This document shows positions 55,318 to 64,000 of a DNA stretch of 64,000 bases, piece by piece. Numbering within the stretch: position 1 is the first letter of the stretch; each line of letters starts with the position of its first letter. Location: the NCBI GenBank assembly GCA_023898565.1, contig CP060228.1, forward strand, positions 496,594 to 560,593, given 5' to 3'. The translations under genes and the position numbers were made by a program. Source of the stretch: Candidatus Nomurabacteria bacterium (GTDB lineage: Bacteria > Patescibacteriota > Minisyncoccia > Phycocordibacterales > UBA918). The notes below the pieces were generated by a model. It saw nothing but the letters and a program-made list of their open reading frames with translations. It was not told the DNA's origin and did no database searches.

Positions 55318-55918
55318 AAAAAGTCAGTCGGCGCAGTTTGGCCACGCGGGTTTTGGTTTGGTCGAACTGATGGTGGCGATTAGCGTGATGGTAATTGTGC
55401 TCTCAATTATTTTAAGTCGACAAGACGCGTTTAATGGTGCGGTACTGCTTCGTAATCAAGCGTACGAGATTGCTCTCGCGGCTCGTGAAGTGCAGCTTAG
55501 TGCGGTCAGCGCGAGCGGCGGCGCTGGAGATTTTCGTAACGAATACGGCTTATATTTCAACTCAACATCAGTTTGGGACGGTGAATATCAGATATACCGA
55601 GACGCTACCAGCGGCAGTGATAATGATGGTTTCTATAGTGGTTCAAGTGAAGATTTTGGAGGCCGCAGTAGGCTTGATGAGCGGTTTGAGATTAGAGAAA
55701 TTAGAATTATTGATGGCAGTACTACTGACATCCCCGACGAAGTCTCTGTTGTGTTTGTGCGACCAAATTTTGACGCAGTCATTTATGATGCTGCTAACAG
55801 CCCTGTATCAGGAGCAACAGTTGAAATTGATGTTGCCAGACGTGGGTCGGTTGGCTCTGGTCCGGGTGATATGCGCACGATTGAAATAACCTCAACGGGG
55901 CAGATTGCCGTACAATAA
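55289..55918 (+). CDS. Pseudopilin / minor pilin with an unusually long (about 21 aa) leader
   Basis: Leader ...KKSQSAQFGHAG then FGLVELMVAISVMVIVL; overlaps the pilD 3' end by 29 nt. Confidence 0.6.
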   Translation: MSWRSLVLCKKSQSAQFGHAGFGLVELMVAISVMVIVLSIILSRQDAFNGAVLLRNQAYEIALAAREVQLSAVSASGGAGDFRNEYGLYFNSTSVWDGEYQIYRDATSGSDNDGFYSGSSEDFGGRSRLDERFEIREIRIIDGSTTDIPDEVSVVFVRPNFDAVIYDAANSPVSGATVEIDVARRGSVGSGPGDMRTIEITSTGQIAVQ

Positions 55919-55922
55919 GCTT

Positions 55923-56594
55923 ATGAAAAATAATACGCCCCAAAATGGATTCTCGTTAGTTGAAATGATTGTCTCATTGGCGTTGTTTTCTATTGTGGTA
56001 ACGGTGGCGGTGGGGGCGCTTTTGACGCTCATCGCGACCAATCGACAGCTGCAGGCTGAGCAAAGCGTCATGACTAATCTCTCGTTTGCGCTTGATAGTA
56101 TGACGCGTGAAATTCGTACCGGCACCCACTATTTTTGTGATGCACAAACCAACTACAACTCAGGCTCAGATAAAATTTTTAAAGACGGGGTAAACGCACC
56201 GCCATCAGCCACCGACCTTGATACGTTAGCTGATCGGACTCAGGATTGTGCTACTGGCAATACTGGTGGCTTGCGCCTACAAGGAATTGCTTTCAAAGAA
56301 TCTGGTGACAGTATTACTGGTGCAGCAGAGCGGATTTTATACTTCTTTGATGAAACTGAAGGGAAGATTTATCGCCGAGTCGGCAGTGGCTTGGCACAAT
56401 CAATCGTTTCAAGTGGCATTTTCATTGAGAACGCAGAGTTTTTTGTGACCGGTTCAGCTCCGCAAAATGGTGGTAGCACTGATGACAACCAAGCGATAGT
56501 TACTATTTACCTTGAGGCAAAAGAGGTTAATGATCCGGCAGCCAAACCGTATAAGATTCAGACCACTATAACGCAGCGAACTTTGGATATATGA
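55923..56594 (+). CDS. Pseudopilin / minor pilin
   Basis: MKNNTPQNG followed by FSLVEMIVSLALFSIVV. Confidence 0.7.
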   Translation: MKNNTPQNGFSLVEMIVSLALFSIVVTVAVGALLTLIATNRQLQAEQSVMTNLSFALDSMTREIRTGTHYFCDAQTNYNSGSDKIFKDGVNAPPSATDLDTLADRTQDCATGNTGGLRLQGIAFKESGDSITGAAERILYFFDETEGKIYRRVGSGLAQSIVSSGIFIENAEFFVTGSAPQNGGSTDDNQAIVTIYLEAKEVNDPAAKPYKIQTTITQRTLDI

Positions 56595-57211
56595 CGTATC
56601 ATCATTCACATCACGAGCAGGATGGATTCTCACTGGTAGAAACGCTGGTGGCAATTAGTATTTTACTGGTAGTTATGATTGGTCCAATGACCATCAGTAT
56701 GTCGACTGCGCGCAGTACGAGTTTTTCGAGCGAACAGGTGGTGGCATTTTTCTTGGCTCAGGAAGGAGCAGAGTTGGCGCAGCGCGCGCGTGATCAGTTT
56801 TTATTAGACTTTTTTGATGATCCGGTTGCAAACCCAACTCCCTGGGGAGATTTTTTGGACGAAACAGCGGCGGGTCAGTATGGCTTATGCTATCAAACTG
56901 CTGGCTGCGGACTAGAGCTGGTTGATGGTAGTGCGGTCGGGGCGCTTGCTGCACCAAAGAGCTGCGCAAGTTTGGGATGCAAAGTGTATTTTGATGCAGC
57001 CGGTGGCCGTGCTCGATATACATATGCTGTGTCAGGTAATGAACAGACCGATTACACACGAACTATCAGATTTACTAAAGTACCAGTTGGTGCTTCGGCC
57101 GACGATGATGTTCGTGTGGTGTCTGAGGTGACATGGCGATCTGGATCGTTCCGGCAACTTCAGTCAGTTAAAGTAGAGACTCACTTGTTTAATGTATATG
57201 AAACACCATAA
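56591..57211 (+). CDS. Pseudopilin / minor pilin
   Basis: ...HHEQDG followed by FSLVETLVAISILLVV; ATGA overlap with the previous gene. Confidence 0.7.
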   Translation: MTYHHSHHEQDGFSLVETLVAISILLVVMIGPMTISMSTARSTSFSSEQVVAFFLAQEGAELAQRARDQFLLDFFDDPVANPTPWGDFLDETAAGQYGLCYQTAGCGLELVDGSAVGALAAPKSCASLGCKVYFDAAGGRARYTYAVSGNEQTDYTRTIRFTKVPVGASADDDVRVVSEVTWRSGSFRQLQSVKVETHLFNVYETP

Positions 57212-57824
57212 CGTACACAGAAAAATATCCGAGCAAGGGTTTGCACTACTCATCACTCTGGTAGTGGTTGGTGTAGTGTTGTCTGTCGGGTTGTCTATTC
57301 TAGATTTGTCAATTAAACAAGTGCGTCTTTCAAGTAATGCAAAAGATTCGGAAGTGTCATTCCATGCAGCCAACGCAGGTATGGAATGTGCTCGGTATGT
57401 GCGACAAGTAAACGCAGGTGATATGGAGGTAGGAAGCGGGATTACCCCGGCTTGCTTCAGTGGTACAGTGTCAAATAATACAGACGGCTCGGTGCCAAGT
57501 ATTGATCCTAATCCGGGTATGTATATCGACAGTGGAACGGGAGAGGCTTTTATCTATGAATACGACATCTCCTGGGGTACGCCAGCTGATCGTTGTACTA
57601 AAGTGACCACGCTCGTGGCTTCAACAAGCATAACGAGTGTGGGAAATTTAGTAATTGAAGATGTGTCTGAAGATATGCCTGGGTATCCTCTTGCGACTAA
57701 AGAATGTGAGCCTGGTGCGCGTTGTACAGTGATTTCGGTAAAAGGCTACAACAAAAACTGTGCGGCGGTAAATGCAGGAAGTACGTACGGTATCGTAGAA
57801 CGCGAAGTGCTGCTACAATTCTAG
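57192..57824 (+). CDS. Pseudopilin (PilX-like)
   Basis: ...ISEQG followed by FALLITLVVVGVVLSV; the start may be the Met at 57198. Confidence 0.6.
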   Translation: MYMKHHNVHRKISEQGFALLITLVVVGVVLSVGLSILDLSIKQVRLSSNAKDSEVSFHAANAGMECARYVRQVNAGDMEVGSGITPACFSGTVSNNTDGSVPSIDPNPGMYIDSGTGEAFIYEYDISWGTPADRCTKVTTLVASTSITSVGNLVIEDVSEDMPGYPLATKECEPGARCTVISVKGYNKNCAAVNAGSTYGIVEREVLLQF

Positions 57825-59843
<2,019 letters not shown>

Positions 59844-59930
59844 ATCGACCAGATGTAGGTCAACAGAAGCTAAGTGCTACTAAGGAAGGATTTGTTTTTA
59901 CATTTATCGCACAAATGCTATGCTAGCCTC

Positions 59931-60227
59931 ATGAAACGTGATGATATTGTCCACCTGGCAAACCTTGCCCGCATTAGGCTTTCTGATGCAGAAATTACTA
60001 ATTTTGAAGGGGAATTAAACTCTATTATGGCGTATGTTGGCGCAGTGAGTTCAATCGCTGCCGACGACGCTGACGCAGCGCCTGTGGTGGGCGTACGTCA
60101 TAATATTTTCCGCAAAGACGAGGTGACCAACGAGCCTGATCAATACACGGCAGATATTATTGCTGAAATGCCGCACTCAGAAGGTCGCTTTATGTCGGTT
60201 AAGAAAATTCTTGATACTGAAAACTAA
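59931..60227 (+). CDS. gatC: Glu-tRNA(Gln)/Asp-tRNA(Asn) amidotransferase subunit C
   Basis: MKRDDIVHLANLARIRLSDAEI...; about 98 aa; immediately followed by gatA with no gap. Confidence 0.8.
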   Translation: MKRDDIVHLANLARIRLSDAEITNFEGELNSIMAYVGAVSSIAADDADAAPVVGVRHNIFRKDEVTNEPDQYTADIIAEMPHSEGRFMSVKKILDTEN

Positions 60228-60228
60228 T

Positions 60229-61644
60229 ATGACAATTTCTGAACTACGAGCCAAATATATTTCTGGCGAACTTTCTCCGGTTGCTGTGGTCAAGGATACT
60301 TTGGCGGTGATTAAAGAAAAGGATGGCGAAATCCATGCGTTTCTTGAGGTGTATGAAGAAGACGCGCTTAAGGCAGCCGAAGCAGCAGCAGCTACATACA
60401 AAGAAAAGGGGGCTGATACACCGGAGCTTCTTGGTGTACCAATTGCGCTGAAGAACAATATTTTGATGAAGGGTAAGAAGGCGACCGCAGCTTCTAAGAT
60501 GCTCGAAAATTACACTGCAGTGTATGACGCAACAATTGTAGAACGTCTCTTAGCTGCTGGAGCGATTGTGGTAGGGGCTACCAATATGGATGAATTTGCA
60601 ATGGGCGGCTCAACCGAAAACTCTGCCTTTGGTCTAACCAAGAATCCGGTAGACACGACCCGTGTGCCAGGTGGTTCTTCTGGCGGCTCAGCTGCGGCGG
60701 TGGCAATGGGAGCTGTGCCGGTAGCGATTGGTACTGATACCGGCGGTTCAATTCGTCAGCCAGCGAGCTACTGTGGTTTGGTCGGCTTTAAGCCGACGTA
60801 CGGCGCGGTGTCGCGTTATGGTCTCATTGCGATGGGTTCCTCGCTCGATCAAGCGGGTCCCCTTGCTACTTCCGTGGCTGACGCCGAGCAAATTCACAAT
60901 GTGATGGCTGGGCTCGACCCGATGGACGCGACCACAATTGCGCCAGATACTTACCCAGTACTTAAGTCAAAAGAAAAGTATACGTTTGGTGTGCCACGTC
61001 ATTTCTTGGCGGATGGTGTTGATGAGGGTGTGCTCGCGGCCTTTGATGCTCATGTAGCTGCACTTAAAGCGGCTGGACATGAAGTGATAGACATCGAGTT
61101 GCCACTCTTTGAGCAAGGTTTGGCTGCATACTATATTGTAATGCCAGCTGAAGTGTCTTCTAATCTCGCACGCTTTGATGGTATTCGCTACGGTATGTCG
61201 GTTGATGGTGACAATCTTCTTGATGTGTACGAAAAGACTCGCGCGGAAGGATTTGGCAAGGAAGTGAAGCGACGTATCTTACTTGGTACCCACGTGTTGT
61301 CTTCTGGCTACTATGACGCGTACTACGGAAAGGCTGAGCTTGTGCGCAAGAAGATGCGCGCTGAACTCGCTGAAACTTTCAAACGAGTAGATGTGATTCT
61401 TACCCCAACTGCACCAACTCCAGCATTTAAGATTGGCGAGAAGGAAGACCCGTTGGCGATGTATCGTCAGGATATTTTCACGGTGCCGGTAAATCTTACT
61501 GGTGTGCCGACACTGACGTTCCCAATGGGAACCGTGGAAGACGGCGGAAAGCAGTTGCCGGTTGGTATACAATATATAGGACCACACGGTGGTGACGCTC
61601 GTCTTTTTACGATAGGAAAAATGATCTACGACGAGCAAAAATAG
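60229..61644 (+). CDS. gatA: Glu-tRNA(Gln)/Asp-tRNA(Asn) amidotransferase subunit A (amidase)
   Basis: Amidase signature GGSSGGSAAAVA, Ser-cisSer-Lys triad context and N-terminus MTISELRAKYISGELSP. Confidence 0.9.
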   Translation: MTISELRAKYISGELSPVAVVKDTLAVIKEKDGEIHAFLEVYEEDALKAAEAAAATYKEKGADTPELLGVPIALKNNILMKGKKATAASKMLENYTAVYDATIVERLLAAGAIVVGATNMDEFAMGGSTENSAFGLTKNPVDTTRVPGGSSGGSAAAVAMGAVPVAIGTDTGGSIRQPASYCGLVGFKPTYGAVSRYGLIAMGSSLDQAGPLATSVADAEQIHNVMAGLDPMDATTIAPDTYPVLKSKEKYTFGVPRHFLADGVDEGVLAAFDAHVAALKAAGHEVIDIELPLFEQGLAAYYIVMPAEVSSNLARFDGIRYGMSVDGDNLLDVYEKTRAEGFGKEVKRRILLGTHVLSSGYYDAYYGKAELVRKKMRAELAETFKRVDVILTPTAPTPAFKIGEKEDPLAMYRQDIFTVPVNLTGVPTLTFPMGTVEDGGKQLPVGIQYIGPHGGDARLFTIGKMIYDEQK

Positions 61645-61650
61645 CTCGAC

Positions 61651-62268
61651 ATGGAACCAAACATTATCCCAGGACCAACAGCCACTAGCGGCCCGACTAT
61701 TCCTAGTGTTGGAATTGATAACGCGTTTGGCGGCTTGAATGTACCAGAATTAGCAGGCTTATTTTCGTTGGGTGGTGTTTTGGCGTTTCTTGATACGCTT
61801 TGGTCAGTGTATACGATTTTGGCGTACATAGTCTCGATTATCTTATTGGTTTTGTACGTGTACGCGTCAGTGAAGAAAAATCTGTATGTTGATTTGCAAA
61901 CGCAGGCACTTCGCGATGCAGAGCGGCTCTGGGATGAGCAGTATCGCGGTGTGGCAAAGAGTAGTCGACTGCAAGACATCTTTACGCACATTGAAAGCGA
62001 CAATCCAAACGATTGGAAACTAGCTATTATTGAGGCAGACATTGTCATGGATGACACGCTTAAGCAAAAGGGTTACCCTGGCGCTACGCTGGGAGAACGT
62101 TTAAAGAGCGCAGCTTCCAACATGAATACACTGCAAGATGCCTGGGAGGCACACAAGATTCGTAATCGGATCGCGCATGACGGGGCAGATTTTGTGCTCA
62201 CTAAGAAAATCGCACAGGAAACGATTGGTCGCTATCAACGAGTTTTCAATGAGCTTGGGGTAAGCTAG
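61651..62268 (+). CDS. Hypothetical membrane protein
   Basis: Two hydrophobic helices; no motif recognised. Confidence 0.4.
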   Translation: MEPNIIPGPTATSGPTIPSVGIDNAFGGLNVPELAGLFSLGGVLAFLDTLWSVYTILAYIVSIILLVLYVYASVKKNLYVDLQTQALRDAERLWDEQYRGVAKSSRLQDIFTHIESDNPNDWKLAIIEADIVMDDTLKQKGYPGATLGERLKSAASNMNTLQDAWEAHKIRNRIAHDGADFVLTKKIAQETIGRYQRVFNELGVS

Positions 62269-62313
62269 GTTGCCAAGTTTAGCTAAATGGGGTATGGTGT
62301 ATCCCACCTACAT

Positions 62314-62384
62314 AGCGGGGTAGAGGAGAGGTACCTCGGGAGGCTCATAACCTCCAGACCCCGGTTCGATTCCGGGCCCCGCAA
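62314..62384 (+). tRNA. tRNA-Met (CAU), initiator-like acceptor
   Basis: (A)GCGGGG-UA-GAGG...GGAGG-CUCAUAA-CCUCC...CCCGG-UUCGAUU-CCGGG-CCCCGCA-A. Strongly resembles tRNA-fMet: an unpaired 1:72 and a CCCCGCAA 3' end. Confidence 0.7.
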
Positions 62385-62388
62385 CAAG

Positions 62389-62429
62389 AATCACAAAGGC
62401 CGCGAGCGAAGCTCGCGGCCTTTGTGATT
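62389..62429. terminator. Long perfect hairpin (bidirectional terminator)
   Basis: AATCACAAAGGCCGCGAGCGAAGCTCGCGGCCTTTGTGATT. Confidence 0.65.
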
Positions 62430-62434
62430 CCTCT

Positions 62435-63016
62435 TTAGAGCACCCGTCTTGGTAAAAAGTAGATATAAGCCGCAGCACTAATTGAAAGGGTACCCATAAT
62501 GATAAAGAGCGGGTCAAAGCCATATCGTGACGCGATAAAACCTCCCACGGTAGCTCCAGCGGTAATCATGAAATAGTTCATAGCTTCCCAGGCGCCCCAA
62601 CCACTGCCGGTTTTGCCATCGGTAAGGTGGCGAGTATAGACAGCGTCAAAGGCTGGAGAGTAAATCGCCTCTCCAAGACCTAGAAGTATTTGCACAAATA
62701 ATAGGTCGGCTACCGTTTCTACGGTTAGGAAAAGAAAAAAAGCGATGCCGATGAGTGTATAGCCGGCTACGATAATTAGCTCATTTTCTTTTACGCGGTC
62801 AGTCCATCGTCCGATGAGTAGAGTGGTGATGCCAGCCACTACTGCAAAGGTGGCAGCAGCAAAGCTAGCATCCAGGAGATCGCCGCCAATTTCCGTAACA
62901 AAGAGCGCTTGAATTGGTCCCAGCATGGCGGCGGACATGAGAATGAGAGCATTGGTGGCCAACAGTATGCGAAGGCTGCGATTGAGGTACGTATGAGGAG
63001 TGAATATGAATTTCAT
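62435..63016 (-). CDS. MFS-like membrane transporter (six-TM half-size protein)
   Basis: Six hydrophobic helices and the motif-A-like GRWTDR(V)K; 193 aa. Confidence 0.45.
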   Translation of the reverse strand: MKFIFTPHTYLNRSLRILLATNALILMSAAMLGPIQALFVTEIGGDLLDASFAAATFAVVAGITTLLIGRWTDRVKENELIIVAGYTLIGIAFFLFLTVETVADLLFVQILLGLGEAIYSPAFDAVYTRHLTDGKTGSGWGAWEAMNYFMITAGATVGGFIASRYGFDPLFIIMGTLSISAAAYIYFLPRRVL

Positions 63017-63094
63017 ATCAACAGTATAGCAATTGAGTTGTGCATACTATGCTTATTTCCAAAAAAAGTGGGGTATCTGTTATACTACCGCCGT

Positions 63095-63799
63095 ATGCAA
63101 TGTGTAATCTTGGCGGCCGGAAAAGGCACGCGACTTCGACCACTTACTGAAAATACACCTAAGCCTCTAGTAAAAGTGGCAGGAAAGACGCTGCTGGATC
63201 ATATTGTTGAAGCACTACCGAGCGCGGTTGATGAGCTTATCTTGGTGACGGGTTACCTAGAAGAACAGATTAAAGAGCACTGTGGCGAAGAATTCCATGG
63301 TCGCAAAGTAACGTATGTGCACCAAGCTGAACAAAAAGGCACCGGCCACGCACTGTGGCTTTGCAAGGATTTAATCAAGGGTCGTTTCCTTTTTATGTTT
63401 GCTGACGATCTTCATGGTGCGCAGGATATTGCTCGAGCGACTTCTTTTACGCGCTCCATGCTCACCCTTACGACTGACACGCCAGAGCGCTTTGGGATCG
63501 TGGTTCGTCATCCTGATGGCACATTGGCACAGATGATTGAAAAACCAGATCATCCACCGTCAAACTTGGCCTCGACCGGAGTGATGGTGCTCGACGAACA
63601 CATTTTTGGGTATGAGCTCAAGGTAGAGCGAAAGGGAGAATTCTATCTCACAGACGTGATTGAAGAGTATGCGAAGGACTACCCAATAGCAGTGGTGGAA
63701 CAAAACCTTTGGATACCGATTGGGTACCCCGAAGATATTGACAAAGCTGAACGTATTCTTGGTTCGCTCATTCAAGACCGTCGGGCAAAAGCCTGTTGA
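63095..63799 (+). CDS. Sugar-phosphate nucleotidyltransferase (NTP_transferase family)
   Basis: N-terminal ILAAGKGTRLRPLTENTPKPLVKVAGK and the nucleotide-binding fold pattern. Confidence 0.8.
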   Translation: MQCVILAAGKGTRLRPLTENTPKPLVKVAGKTLLDHIVEALPSAVDELILVTGYLEEQIKEHCGEEFHGRKVTYVHQAEQKGTGHALWLCKDLIKGRFLFMFADDLHGAQDIARATSFTRSMLTLTTDTPERFGIVVRHPDGTLAQMIEKPDHPPSNLASTGVMVLDEHIFGYELKVERKGEFYLTDVIEEYAKDYPIAVVEQNLWIPIGYPEDIDKAERILGSLIQDRRAKAC

Positions 63800-63851
63800 A
63801 CCTAACGAAAAAATAGTGTACTCTAGCGCCACTAGTAATCTAGTGGCACAT

Positions 63852-63925
63852 GTCGGCGTAGCTCAGTTGGTTAGAGCACAGCACTCATAAAGCTGGGGTC
63901 GGAGGTTCAAATCCTCCCGTCGACA
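63852..63925 (+). tRNA. tRNA-Met (CAU), elongator-like
   Basis: GUCGGCG-UA-GCUC-AGUUGGUUA-GAGC-A-CAGCA-CUCAUAA-AGCUG-GGGUC-GGAGG-UUCAAAU-CCUCC-CGUCGAC-A; close to bacterial elongator tRNA-Met. Confidence 0.8.
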
Positions 63926-63930
63926 CAAAT

Positions 63931-63951
63931 AACCGCCCTGGGGGCGGTTTT
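63931..63951 (+). terminator. Intrinsic terminator after the tRNA
   Basis: AACCGCCCTGGGGGCGGTT followed by TT. Confidence 0.55.
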
Positions 63952-64000
63952 GTGTTGACGGAAAGCTGTCTGGGAGACAGCTTGTGAGGATTTGAAAAGG

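Noticed and set aside
62308-62523. 71-aa minus-strand ORF
   Set aside because: Overlaps the tRNA-Met gene and the terminator hairpin; no SD.

Overview
The window reads as a small-genome bacterial chromosome segment of about 49% GC. The housekeeping set (FtsH, LigA, GatCA, RecG, SmpB/tmRNA, ComFC, a large type IV pilus locus) resembles Patescibacteria/Saccharibacteria-like genomes; that attribution is an inference, not a search result. The core backbone contains a phosphoketolase–acetate kinase pair, a PAS histidine kinase with an orphan receiver, a MacAB-like efflux system, a malic enzyme, a Delta9-type desaturase, a nitroreductase/HxlR pair, an ECF sigma factor with a membrane partner and a GGDEF cyclase. 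The type IV pilus locus is complete: pilMNOBTC, a receiver between pilB and pilT, two pilins, the pilD prepilin peptidase and four pseudopilins. I identified five RNA genes from the sequence: tmRNA next to smpB, tRNA-Ser(GCU), a tRNA with anticodon UAU (Ile) and two tRNA-Met(CAU) genes. Several stretches look accessory by composition or gene content. (1) An AT-rich island of roughly 8.6 kb lies downstream of tRNA-Ser, with a duplicated tRNA fragment and a paralogous gene remnant at its edge. It holds an overlapping five-gene minus-strand operon: ParB–MTase fusion, second MTase, 130 aa, 68 aa and 497 aa proteins. This is my best candidate for an uncharacterised restriction–modification-like or defence module. 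(2) A LuxI/autoinducer-synthase-like acyltransferase sits behind a 28-bp perfect palindrome, with a PEP-CTERM protein elsewhere in the window. (3) A GC-rich block of four unknown genes abuts the tmRNA. (4) An acetyl-CoA hydrolase/transferase domain is fused to a GNAT domain. (5) A bacterial SET-domain protein is encoded. I found no CRISPR array, transposase or integrase. Coordinates come from the supplied ORF track with starts refined by hand; functions are inferred from motifs I recognised and are not database-verified.
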